Virus record (IMG/VR): IMGVR_UViG_3300013121_000046 | Length of the DNA stretch: 64,000 nt | Strand: one strand, 5' to 3' | DNA from: a virus | Taxonomy: Duplodnaviria > Caudoviricetes | Shown here: positions 27,737 through 36,957 of the stretch, in pieces | Position numbering within the stretch: the first letter of the stretch is position 1 | Layout of the letters: each line of letters begins with the position of its first letter | The notes under the pieces: model-generated | Databases searched by the model: none | The model's input: the letters and a program-made list of their open reading frames with translations, nothing else | What the model was told of the DNA's origin: nothing | Program-made: the position numbers and the translations under genes

Positions 27737-28774
27737 CTAGATAGTCAGGTCTCCTCTCAGAGCTTCGAGTTGCGAAAAAATTCCTCGCAACCTTTGCGGC
27801 ATAGCCGCACCTATCTCTAAGAGTTCATCACGGGAAGCCAAAATGCCTCTTGCTTCTGCACCCGTCATCCTACCAGCAGATAACAGCTTTACTGTTTTCT
27901 TAGCCAAATTCCGTAACTCTGAGTCCACCTGATCGGCGTGCTCCGCAAACGAGTCTAATTTTCTGTTCTTGGCAAAACTCTTGGGGAGAGTTGTTTGAGC
28001 AATCGGGGCGGCAGAAACCTGCTTTCCACCCCGAGGGGATCGCTCCTCCTGAACGGTAAGACCCTCACTAGCAAAAATATTACCTAAATTGAAAGCCTTC
28101 TTTGCTTCACCCCTATCAATATCTGAGTAATAGTCTCCAGTAGAAGCCTTTCGCTCTGAATTCCTAGCTGTACCGGGACCAACACTCCCTGCGGTATTTA
28201 CTTCTAAGGGAGCGGCACCACTAAGCATAGCCGAAAAAACCCTGGACTGATTAAGCCCAGATACCTGGTCACGACTATTCTTAGTGACCTGCTTACCATT
28301 CAAACTAGCCACCTTCTGTCGAAGTGAAAGTTTAGAATTACTCAAGATCGTGGTAGCTTCCTGAATGGTTTTTCTACCTTCCGAGACCGCTAACTTAGCC
28401 GCAACCCGGGCTAACTCAGGGGTAAAATCCTCCACCCCGGCGATCAACTTACCCCCAATTAGACCACAAGAACCCTTCCGATTATGTGAACAAGAACCAC
28501 ACATCGGAGTACGATAGGTTGCTATCAAGTTATGCGGAGAGGCCAATTTCTGCTTAACTGCCTTAGCTTCCTCACAGGATTGGTAAAGATTCGGATCATG
28601 GGCAGAGCGGCCCAGAATTCCGATTTCCTTTTGCAGCTTGGAAGCCACTTTCCCCATCTCCACAGGAGTAAGATGAGAAAAATTCTCTTCCAAATAAGCT
28701 GTTATAGTCTCAAGGCCCTTCCCCTGAGCTAATAAGCTTCTAGCCGACTGATATGCCGCCCGAACAGAACTCAT
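27737..28774 (-). CDS. Hypothetical virion-associated protein with Cys cluster
   Basis: E.GILG...DP..Y.SC, C.SC.HN....C.L.GGKL; many K/R-x-A-S motifs. Confidence 0.65.
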   Translation of the reverse strand: MSSVRAAYQSARSLLAQGKGLETITAYLEENFSHLTPVEMGKVASKLQKEIGILGRSAHDPNLYQSCEEAKAVKQKLASPHNLIATYRTPMCGSCSHNRKGSCGLIGGKLIAGVEDFTPELARVAAKLAVSEGRKTIQEATTILSNSKLSLRQKVASLNGKQVTKNSRDQVSGLNQSRVFSAMLSGAAPLEVNTAGSVGPGTARNSERKASTGDYYSDIDRGEAKKAFNLGNIFASEGLTVQEERSPRGGKQVSAAPIAQTTLPKSFAKNRKLDSFAEHADQVDSELRNLAKKTVKLLSAGRMTGAEARGILASRDELLEIGAAMPQRLRGIFSQLEALRGDLTI

Positions 28775-28791
28775 TTTGATCCCCTTAAGTA

Positions 28792-29076
28792 TTATTCTTC
28801 AAGCAGGGGTTCTTTGGCCGGATCATAGAGCCGTTCAATTGTGCGACCATCAGGCGCTAACTGCCAAAATGCCCTCCCTGGTCTTCGGATTAACGGCGAT
28901 TTCTTACCCTTAATCGGAGCAGCCGTATATCTCACCTTAGCCGTACGTATTTGCTTAGACAACCGAGTAACCTGATCCATTGGAGAAACCCCAGAAAATA
29001 CCCTATCCAAGGATATCCTTTGGGGTTTCTTGGTCTGAGGTAAATCAAAACATGAAGCTCTACCACAGTCAAACAT
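28792..29076 (-). CDS. Hypothetical protein
   Basis: FW.L..DG..IERLYD motif; overlaps upstream gene. Confidence 0.65.
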   Translation of the reverse strand: MFDCGRASCFDLPQTKKPQRISLDRVFSGVSPMDQVTRLSKQIRTAKVRYTAAPIKGKKSPLIRRPGRAFWQLAPDGRTIERLYDPAKEPLLEE

Positions 29077-29482
29077 TTGTTACCTCTACCACCGGTTCAG
29101 TTTTACCATTATCACGGGCTCGAATCATAGCTTCTAACTGAGCCTTCACCCAAGCCAACTCATTTAGGCTTGGATACCGCAATCCTAAATCTTCCAGACC
29201 CCTAAACTCAGCCCGTAAATCCGATACCCGCATTTGCAAAGAAAACTTAGGGCAAATCCGAGCCTTTTCTGCCCAGCATTGCCGAGCATCTAGCTCATTT
29301 TTTCCCCAAGCTAATACCTTGCAAACACAAATCCCCTCTGTAAGCATTCTTCCTGAATGCTTACAGTTTTTAGGCGACTTTATCGTATGATAAGTAACAT
29401 ACGAATCTTCCGCCCTCTTTGTTTTTCTGGTCAACCTCTTGTTGACCATTTCCAGTAGGTCTTCAAGCTGCGTACCAAGCAT
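29069..29482 (-). CDS. Cys-rich hypothetical protein
   Basis: P.NC.H, C.C, C....A..CP.F. Confidence 0.65.
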   Translation of the reverse strand: MLGTQLEDLLEMVNKRLTRKTKRAEDSYVTYHTIKSPKNCKHSGRMLTEGICVCKVLAWGKNELDARQCWAEKARICPKFSLQMRVSDLRAEFRGLEDLGLRYPSLNELAWVKAQLEAMIRARDNGKTEPVVEVTNV

Positions 29483-29504
29483 CTGCTCCTCGAATTATGC
29501 TAGA

Positions 29505-29996
29505 CTAGTCAACAGTCTGGGCAGAAGCTCCCGGACGCTTTGAAGCATTCCCGTAGGCCTTCTCTCTTGGACGCAGGCGAAGGACAATCTCACCAACACC
29601 AGTTTGAGAGGCATTACCAGCGGAAACCAATGTGACTCCCGCCCCAGCCGGAACCAAAGTATTAGTCAAGGGAATGGTGATGAGGGCACCGGCAGCCACC
29701 GCAGCCGTTCCCGAAGTTCCGGCTACAGTGCCATTAGCATCAACCAAAACATCAGTATCGGCTGAAACCGTGTCCCCATCACTGTCAACATAGTCGGTCA
29801 AACCAACATCATAGGTAACCGCCTGGCTGGCAATATGGGCTGTCGTCACCAAAATCTTCATTGAAATTAGCTCATACGCATTCTCTGTATCCAGAAAAAT
29901 GGTATCAGCCGACAAAGCAACCGAAAAGTCGTGGGTAATAGGACCCACTAACTTATCCTTCAGAACTGGGATCGTATTCTGTGGCTTCACAGGCAT
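29505..29996 (-). CDS. Putative beta-sandwich virion decoration protein
   Basis: V/T/A/G-rich composition within the structural cluster. Confidence 0.55.
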   Translation of the reverse strand: MPVKPQNTIPVLKDKLVGPITHDFSVALSADTIFLDTENAYELISMKILVTTAHIASQAVTYDVGLTDYVDSDGDTVSADTDVLVDANGTVAGTSGTAAVAAGALITIPLTNTLVPAGAGVTLVSAGNASQTGVGEIVLRLRPREKAYGNASKRPGASAQTVD

Positions 29997-30062
29997 TGGA
30001 TTTTCCCCTAAAAGAGGGCCTCACCCTTATCCAAAGTGAGGAACTAAGGAAGTAGAGAAACT

Positions 30063-31151
30063 CTAGCGAACTTTAGCCCCATGAAAAATAGCTCGGGCTT
30101 GATCCCGAGATTTCTTCAACCGAGCATATTCAGCATTAATGGCTGGGTAGTTAACTCTGCCCGCCACCTTAATACTCTTAGCCGTAGCAATCCGCTGGGC
30201 AGCCTTACGCCACAGGTAACGATCCTCTGCGGCAACAGCCTCCGGAATACGAATCTTCAAAGCTTTTCTCGATCCTGTAATGGGAGCCACAGTATTCAGC
30301 GGGTCAGGACCGGTATCTGAAGAACCCTTACCAAACCCACCCAAGGCCTGGTCTCTCTCCACATCCGACTCCATCCCCATTGATTCTGGAGACTGAACCG
30401 AAACTTCCGCCGCCCTACGGCCAGCCGCAGCTTCCAAAATACTTCTGGCCGTAACCAAATCCCGACCCTTATCCATCATTGTATCTGGATCTAAAGACTT
30501 TTTAGGTCCAGTATTGGCGGATGGCATATGGAGGGTACCAGCATCCTGTGTACCAAAAAACTCTAAATCCTCACCCTCTTGATCTTCATCCACCGAAGCA
30601 TCACCGCCGGTCTCTGGTAATCCTGAGGTGGAGTACGTGTCTGTGGGATCTCCCATATCCCCTTCAGCATCAGGTACATCATCACTGGCCAGAACTGCGG
30701 CAGCCACCCGAGCCGCCCGAGCCACCTCACGCCATTGGCCGCTAGTGGCCAACAGCTTCAACCCCTCTGGAGTCAAGTCTGTGAAAGGCCAAACTGAAGC
30801 AGCTTTACTAGCTTGAATCTTAATTTTACCCTCATCAGCAAAGTCAGGCTTAGAGTCAGCCGCGCTCGGCCGACCCAATAACTTGCTCACGGAGTCTTTA
30901 CCCACAGGGAATTTATGGTAATCCTTAGCCTCGAAAGAATCCTGGTGTCCCGGCTCATCAGCAGCCTCCCAATCCGGCACTTCCGGAGTTTCCGCTGCTT
31001 TCCGAGATCGCTTCCGGCTAACGGCCTCCACCTCATTGGTTACCACATCAAGCCATTTCGCTGCGGTACGGTCCTTAGCCTGAACCATATCGGCGATTGA
31101 CTCAAGCTCAGCAATCAGACGCTCGTATCCAGCCATTTGAGAAACTCCCAA
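30063..31151 (-). CDS. Putative internal head protein
   Basis: Alternating basic (RRAA/RKAA) and acidic blocks; shares the ST.xLPETG.D...DLEF.GT motif with the next gene. Confidence 0.65.
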   Translation of the reverse strand: MGVSQMAGYERLIAELESIADMVQAKDRTAAKWLDVVTNEVEAVSRKRSRKAAETPEVPDWEAADEPGHQDSFEAKDYHKFPVGKDSVSKLLGRPSAADSKPDFADEGKIKIQASKAASVWPFTDLTPEGLKLLATSGQWREVARAARVAAAVLASDDVPDAEGDMGDPTDTYSTSGLPETGGDASVDEDQEGEDLEFFGTQDAGTLHMPSANTGPKKSLDPDTMMDKGRDLVTARSILEAAAGRRAAEVSVQSPESMGMESDVERDQALGGFGKGSSDTGPDPLNTVAPITGSRKALKIRIPEAVAAEDRYLWRKAAQRIATAKSIKVAGRVNYPAINAEYARLKKSRDQARAIFHGAKVR

Positions 31152-31157
31152 AAGAAT

Positions 31158-32309
31158 TTAGAACTCTTGATTTTTCACCTGGTTAGCAGCATGGTCACCC
31201 AATCGCTTCACCCAACGACTAACAAACTTTTTGGCGTTTGCAGCCGATACCTGCACCTCACCACTCTTCTGAGTAAGAATACTATCGGCAACCTCAACAG
31301 TAGCTACCTTAGTGGTAGGATTCTCAGACAGAAGAGTGAATGTTACCGAGCCCGGAGTCAAAAGACTACCCTCTCGATTAGTCGCCGCGAGAGTGACCTC
31401 TAGAACATTATCATAATCGTCGCAGCTTGTAGACCAACTACCGGCTGTTCGTCTACCACTGGCCGACGAAGCTAACTTTGACCAACTATCTTTCAAACAC
31501 TGCCAACCTGATGGAGCCTTTCTCTGAGCCGCCGTTCTACCCGAAGCAATAGAGGCAAATTTTCTAGCTAAGGTTTTCAATTCCTTATCATTAGCTATTA
31601 CAGCAGCCTTCGGAAGAACACCCAAAAGGCTAGCCATCAATTTCTTAGGGGTGACTTCTTCACCCGAAGCGTAGGCTTTATTCACAGCAGCATGGGCTTT
31701 CTTTACCGCAGCAAAGCTAATTTTAGAGGCCTTAGGGGTTGAACTAACCTGAGGCCCAGTCTGAATTTTCAAGGGAGCCTCAGTACCCCAAAATTCTAAA
31801 TCCGTAGGCTTCTGATTATCATCCACGGCCGAATCATGGCCGGTTTCATCCAAATCAGCAGTTGAGAGAAGCCCATCAGAAGCCACATCAGGTTCAAATT
31901 CTGTAGCCACTCGTTTAGCTACTTGTCGAATTCTACGAGCCAACACTTTATCCTTAGCCAAGATTCTATCGTGAGCATTTTTAAGATACCTCTGGATAGC
32001 CGCAGCCGTAACCTGCTGAGCATCATCCAGAGCTTTGTCGTGACCAGTCTCCGGCAAATCCGCTGTGGAGTGCTCCAAGTCGGGTATCTGCACGTACTCC
32101 TGCTCAATCTCGGAGCTAGGCGGAGGGGCTGGAGTAGCCTTACGACCTTTCACCTTAGGCAAATCCAAGCCGGAAAAAACTTTGTCTAGATCGGAGGTCT
32201 TAATGAACCTCTGGATATTAGCTAAACGACGCAAGACTTCTGGGTTAGCAGTACCACCAGTACGCAGACGGCTCGATACATAGTTAACGACTTCAGATAA
32301 ACTAGGCAT
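31158..32309 (-). CDS. Putative internal head protein
   Basis: Two STADL(P/D)ETGHD repeats; RTAA, RRTAG, KFAS motifs. Confidence 0.65.
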   Translation of the reverse strand: MPSLSEVVNYVSSRLRTGGTANPEVLRRLANIQRFIKTSDLDKVFSGLDLPKVKGRKATPAPPPSSEIEQEYVQIPDLEHSTADLPETGHDKALDDAQQVTAAAIQRYLKNAHDRILAKDKVLARRIRQVAKRVATEFEPDVASDGLLSTADLDETGHDSAVDDNQKPTDLEFWGTEAPLKIQTGPQVSSTPKASKISFAAVKKAHAAVNKAYASGEEVTPKKLMASLLGVLPKAAVIANDKELKTLARKFASIASGRTAAQRKAPSGWQCLKDSWSKLASSASGRRTAGSWSTSCDDYDNVLEVTLAATNREGSLLTPGSVTFTLLSENPTTKVATVEVADSILTQKSGEVQVSAANAKKFVSRWVKRLGDHAANQVKNQEF

Positions 32310-32311
32310 GG

Positions 32312-33019
32312 TTAAAACCCTGGCGAATACTGGGTATTTGGGGTATTTGGAGTATTTGGAGTAGCTGAAGGAAGAGAGGGCTGAACTTGCTGTGGGGGAG
32401 CCATAGGATTGGGAGTCCCTCCCATATCAGAACCCATCGGGTAAGGCTCTTCTCCAGCACTGCCTAAATCTGGGGACAACAGGTCGGAGAAGTCATCCTC
32501 GGGAGGTATTTCCGAGTCGGTGGGTTCCTCGACACCCGGGGCTTGGCCCAAAAAGCCTCCCCCTGATTCAGATTCCACTGCTGGTGTCGCAGGAATTTTG
32601 GCAGGGGCCGCTTCAGAAGTTGACTCAAACTTAATCGGGGATATCTCTTTTCTATTTAAGTCTTCCTTAATAAGAGTGATCGCATTCTCAACACAGGAAG
32701 TCAAATCATTTTCAATATCCCTAATATCATCCCCCAAAGAACCAATATGTTGGGTCAGTCCTGAGTTATATGAGCCACTAATTCCCACTTTAGTACCCCG
32801 AACCCGAACTTTCCATTGCCGATTCTCTAACTCAATCTTTAAGGTATCGTCGTCTTCCTGAACAACAGTCGCCTCACCTTTAAGTTTAGCAAATAAGAGT
32901 GCAGCTAGTATCTCTAACCGAGCCCGCTGAGGCGAAGAGACGCCAGAAAAGCCTAGGGGCGGTAGACTTTCCTGAGGATCTCCAGCGAACAATTTCTTGG
33001 CCAGTAACTGTCTTCGCAC
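32312..33019 (-). CDS. Hypothetical protein with Pro/acidic tail
   Basis: GTG start with AGGGGG RBS; MRRQLLA N-terminus; PNT repeats at C-terminus. Confidence 0.65.
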   Translation of the reverse strand: MRRQLLAKKLFAGDPQESLPPLGFSGVSSPQRARLEILAALLFAKLKGEATVVQEDDDTLKIELENRQWKVRVRGTKVGISGSYNSGLTQHIGSLGDDIRDIENDLTSCVENAITLIKEDLNRKEISPIKFESTSEAAPAKIPATPAVESESGGGFLGQAPGVEEPTDSEIPPEDDFSDLLSPDLGSAGEEPYPMGSDMGGTPNPMAPPQQVQPSLPSATPNTPNTPNTQYSPGF

Positions 33020-33080
33020 GGAAATTTCCCCCTAATTCTTTCCCTATTATCTAGGTGAACCGAGTGATTCGTAAAATCAC

Positions 33081-33932
33081 TCACAGGTAAATTTTCCTTA
33101 ATTTCTGGATAGCTTTTCGCTCCCAAACCATAACCGCTTGCCTAGAAATACCCAGAATCCTACCAACCTCAGCCCGATTCAAAGCCTCTCCCCCATCTAG
33201 ACCAAACCTAAGCATTAATATCTCTCGCTGCCTCTCTGAGAACTTAGCCAGAACCTCCCCTAACTCTAAAGAGTTCTCAAATCCCTTACATACCGAAAAA
33301 GAATCCAAGGGTAGTTGTCCTGGAGAACCCCAGTGTAATAGGTCTAAATTGGCTTTCGCCGTAGTAACACTACACTCAAACTCTTTCTGAATATCCAAAA
33401 GCTCTGGAACTTCCCCCTTCTGATACACCCACCGCATCATTTTCTTACTTACTAGATAGGAATGTCTAGTCAATCCTTGAGATTCTGCAATAGCCTCCTG
33501 TAGGGCCGCTCTAATTCTGAAGCTAGAGTACGTAGTAAACGACCCTAAACCGGGTTGAAAGTTATCTACAGCAGATATCAAACCTAGCCAGCCGGCTGCC
33601 TGAAAATCACTTAATCGTCGAGAGGACTTAAGAAATCTACGCAAACAGGTTACTAACCAACGAGAATTATGCAGTATTATTTTGGATCGAACCTCTAGGG
33701 CTAACTCCGCTTGCTTAAGCTCCTGGAGTGAAAATCGCGTCAATTTTAGTACAGTATCCCTCGTCGGTGGTACCTGCCACCGGGATAAAAAACTCAAAAC
33801 TTCACCTAGCTCAAACCATTTACTACTACGAACTATTGTAAAACACTGTAATAGTTCTTCAGGCGGAAGTGGGGGATAATTCTCACACAGCGTCAGTAAC
33901 TCTTGGGGTATCCTTTGGATAGTTAGAGCCAC
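33081..33932 (-). CDS. Phage RNA polymerase sigma-70-family factor
   Basis: Region 2 D..AAG.LGLI.AVD.F.P..GSFTTYS..RIR; region 4 SERQREIL.LRFGL......EVG..LGISRQ.V...E.KAI.KLR. Confidence 0.9.
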   Translation of the reverse strand: MALTIQRIPQELLTLCENYPPLPPEELLQCFTIVRSSKWFELGEVLSFLSRWQVPPTRDTVLKLTRFSLQELKQAELALEVRSKIILHNSRWLVTCLRRFLKSSRRLSDFQAAGWLGLISAVDNFQPGLGSFTTYSSFRIRAALQEAIAESQGLTRHSYLVSKKMMRWVYQKGEVPELLDIQKEFECSVTTAKANLDLLHWGSPGQLPLDSFSVCKGFENSLELGEVLAKFSERQREILMLRFGLDGGEALNRAEVGRILGISRQAVMVWERKAIQKLRKIYL

Positions 33933-34527
33933 GTACTTTCCACTCCCATCTTTTTTGTGTGCGGATTGCTCGAAGTTGATTAAAATTCTTTTCTACCGTC
34001 AGCAACATCTCCAAAGCTAAAGCAAGTTGTTCTTGCCCTGGATTTGTAGCTAAAGCTCCCTTTAACTTGTTAAGTGCTAAAGTGAATACGTTTCTAACAT
34101 TACCTTGCCCAGCCCCTAAAGCCTCCGCAGTTGCTGTTTGGGATGTTGTTTTAACTATCCCTAATACGATTTGCACTGCATAATCACTAAGCTGTAAATC
34201 TAAAAGCACTTTCCTGAGTTGAGTCTCTGACAATAATTTTGAAAAACAGACAAAAAGCTTAATCCTTCCAGTAGCCCGCTCTAGCCTATATGAGATATTA
34301 GACTGTCTAACAAAAAACAGAGTGCATATCTCTTCCTGAATAGCCCCCAAAACCTTAGCCAGAAAAAGCATCTGCAATTCCCTGGGAGGCAATTTTTGCA
34401 GAGCCCGAACTAATAGATCAAGATTTTTAGTTACCTCCACATTCTTTTTGCGTTGTCTAGGAATTGATTTTTTCGTATACTGATCTAATTCCCAAGGATC
34501 AGTACGTAAGAACAGAGCTTTAAGAAT
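33883..34527 (-). CDS. Sigma-70 region-4-like HTH protein; probable ATT start at 34527
   Basis: L.KLP.RE...L.L.....Q.EI..LF.V.QSNISYRL.RA; second TSQ...AE.LG HTH; open frame extends 29 codons upstream of the called GTG to an ATT 8 nt after GGAGG. Confidence 0.7.
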   Translation of the reverse strand: MLKALFLRTDPWELDQYTKKSIPRQRKKNVEVTKNLDLLVRALQKLPPRELQMLFLAKVLGAIQEEICTLFFVRQSNISYRLERATGRIKLFVCFSKLLSETQLRKVLLDLQLSDYAVQIVLGIVKTTSQTATAEALGAGQGNVRNVFTLALNKLKGALATNPGQEQLALALEMLLTVEKNFNQLRAIRTQKRWEWKVRGSNYPKDTPRVTDAV

Positions 34528-34559
34528 GGGAAGACCCTCCTGAAAGTTCGATATTGAAA

Positions 34560-35498
34560 CTATTTCAAAGAGTTACGCAACGCTAAATCCCACTCCCGTC
34601 TTATTTTAATACTCTGCATCTCTAATCGAGAACACATCTCCTCTAGCTTACTACGATCTCCAGTAACCTCTCCATAGTACTCCGGCCTATCCGTAACCCC
34701 TAGCAGATCCATCACTTGATAGTTTATCTGCATCTGCTCCCAAAACGAACGCAATTTTATCTTCTGCTGTGGCGTCTCACCAAAAAAGGCTAAACGCTCT
34801 GCGTCTGGAACTTCAGTACACTCTCTAGCAATATTTAGGATTACCTTACTGGGTAATCTAGAGATTCCCGGTAGCCCATCGGATACATCACTATCTAGAC
34901 TACGGTACACCAGCAAATTCCTACCCGTAACCCCCCACTTTTCCCGGACTTTTGCAAGATCAAAAAGACCATTCTTAGTCAAGCCCAAACAAAAAACTGT
35001 CTCCGAAACTAACTGATGAAAATCCTTATCAGTGGACACAATCAAAACTGTATCCGTCCCCACTCTTTCCCAACGAATCCAGGCAGCTATCTGAGTATCT
35101 GCCTCCACCTCAGCCGAGTACAAGGTGGGCAAAAACGAGGACATAGTTTCTCGCAAAAGTACCAGTCTTGGACCCCACGGAGGCTCATCAATTCTATCTT
35201 TTTTAGCTTCTCGATTGGCCTTATACCCAGCGAACAACTTTTTACCAACAGCCGGGACCCCATCCCAAGCTAAAATAATTCTCGACTGAGGATAGTTTCT
35301 AATCAGATTCAAAACGCCAGAGATAAAGCCAAACTCTAAACCCGAAGGTTCCCCGGAGGAAGTTCTCAACTGTTTATGGGACCACCAATACCTATGGGCC
35401 AAGTTATTAGCATCTACCAATACAACTTGAGGATCAAACACTAGGCTTCCTTTTTCCTTCGGGGAATCTTTTTCACCCATCGACTGTCCAAGCAACAT
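34560..35498 (-). CDS. 5'-3' exonuclease / flap endonuclease (PolI N-terminal-like)
   Basis: LVDANNL, AWDG, YKANR, EAD, IVSTDKDF.QL, D.SD.LPGI (true start probably GTG overlapping the upstream stop ~35441). Confidence 0.9.
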   Translation of the reverse strand: MLLGQSMGEKDSPKEKGSLVFDPQVVLVDANNLAHRYWWSHKQLRTSSGEPSGLEFGFISGVLNLIRNYPQSRIILAWDGVPAVGKKLFAGYKANREAKKDRIDEPPWGPRLVLLRETMSSFLPTLYSAEVEADTQIAAWIRWERVGTDTVLIVSTDKDFHQLVSETVFCLGLTKNGLFDLAKVREKWGVTGRNLLVYRSLDSDVSDGLPGISRLPSKVILNIARECTEVPDAERLAFFGETPQQKIKLRSFWEQMQINYQVMDLLGVTDRPEYYGEVTGDRSKLEEMCSRLEMQSIKIRREWDLALRNSLK

Positions 35499-35944
35499 TC
35501 CATCTCTCCTAAACCTAGAAAGACTCGCAAGACTACGAAGTCCTCAGCAAAACTAAGAATCTTCCCATGATTTCCCCGTAAATCCCCTTGAGTTACTTTA
35601 ACTCTGTCACCCACCTTAAAACTTGGACCAACCTCAATTACGGCTCTTATCTGGAGGATATCATCCTCAGTAACTACTGAATACCTAGAAGCGGATACCT
35701 TCAAAATACTCTTAAAAACCTCTGTATCTTCTAATTTATTGATACTTAGCTCAGGGTTAACCTTAATAAAAAAATACTCAGAATACGGGGAGGGATATTT
35801 ACCATGCTTATCTTCAATGACCCCATAAAAATACTCAAAGTCTTTAACCTCCAGTATTCGACGAGCCTCCTTAACTATATCTTTTTCAGACATAGTTTTT
35901 TCAGCCCAAGGGGTTAACTGTACGACCCAGTACGACACGATCAA
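35441..35944 (-). CDS. NusG-like transcription factor (NGN plus KOW)
   Basis: WVVQL N-terminus, EYFFIK, FKVGDRVKVTQG.L.G..G KOW motif. Confidence 0.75.
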   Translation of the reverse strand: MIVSYWVVQLTPWAEKTMSEKDIVKEARRILEVKDFEYFYGVIEDKHGKYPSPYSEYFFIKVNPELSINKLEDTEVFKSILKVSASRYSVVTEDDILQIRAVIEVGPSFKVGDRVKVTQGDLRGNHGKILSFAEDFVVLRVFLGLGEMECCLDSRWVKKIPRRKKEA

Positions 35945-36957
35945 TCTTCCCCTGATAAGAATCGAGCCACCCTGGCGGGATCTTTCCCCATATCATTCAC
36001 CAAAGTCTTCATGTCTACAGATCGAAATCGTTTAGGTACACCCTGTCGCTTTTCCCCTACAGCATTATTCAGTCCCGCCCCAAGCCTAGTCTGAACGAAA
36101 CCTAAAGCCGCTTGTAGGTCCAGCATACTTATGATTTTTAATGGGGTGGCTAATAACCATTCAGCAACAGCAGAAACTCGACTCCCATACTTATCTAACA
36201 AAAGCCCTAGGGTGGCTTTTTCTACGAATTGGCAACCAACACTAACAAGATGTGCTTGAAGAATTACCGTATGTATTAAAGTCCAAAATTCCTCCGGAGT
36301 CCTACCTAACGTATCAAGACCTTCCCCAATGTATGATACTCTTGTAGTACCCATTTCTAGGAGAAATTGTGTTACTGTCTGAAGTTCCCCCCCAAGAATA
36401 TTGTCAACCCCTCCTGGGTCATCCTTAATTAGATTATACTTTAATATCCAGGAAGCCAATTCTCGTAAGTTACCCGCACATCCTAGCAGAAATTTTTCCC
36501 TAACTTCCTTCGGAATCTCTGGGTATCTAGTTAAGTACTCAGCTACCTCCGAATTACTCAGAGGTAAACATGAAACCAATAGGCTATATAACCCTAGGGT
36601 CTCCGGCAAAGCCTCTGCCGAAGTTCCAGTAATAAAAACCCAGGGCCTTTGTATCTGCTGTATCTGTTCTTTTTTAGAGAGTAGATGAAAATTCTCCACC
36701 CAGACTGGCTCTTTTGGATCGCAACTAATTAACTGATAAGCTTGTATAGGCTCTACTGTGGTATATCCAACCAATCGTAAAACCTCAGCACACAGCATAC
36801 TTTTACCGACTCCCGGAGGACCCACAAAAAACCATTTATATTTAGAAATAGTCCCTTGCGCCTTAGCTCCGGAAATCAACTTCTTAGCCCATGATTGACC
36901 GATGATATTTGATAATTCTGCTAAGTTACTCATACCCATTATTCCTTGGCAAAACAC
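35941..36957 (-). CDS. Clamp-loader / DNA Pol III gamma-tau-like AAA+ protein (diverged)
   Basis: IIGQ, F.GPPGVGKS, FI..T, LP.T, GNLR sensor; Walker B degenerate (VWVEN). Confidence 0.65.
   Translation of the reverse strand: MFCQGIMGMSNLAELSNIIGQSWAKKLISGAKAQGTISKYKWFFVGPPGVGKSMLCAEVLRLVGYTTVEPIQAYQLISCDPKEPVWVENFHLLSKKEQIQQIQRPWVFITGTSAEALPETLGLYSLLVSCLPLSNSEVAEYLTRYPEIPKEVREKFLLGCAGNLRELASWILKYNLIKDDPGGVDNILGGELQTVTQFLLEMGTTRVSYIGEGLDTLGRTPEEFWTLIHTVILQAHLVSVGCQFVEKATLGLLLDKYGSRVSAVAEWLLATPLKIISMLDLQAALGFVQTRLGAGLNNAVGEKRQGVPKRFRSVDMKTLVNDMGKDPARVARFLSGED

Noticed and set aside
30606-32057. LPETG as a true sortase cell-wall sorting signal
   Set aside because: Motifs are internal, lack the hydrophobic segment and basic tail, one copy is LDETG, and no sortase is seen; kept only as a repeated motif
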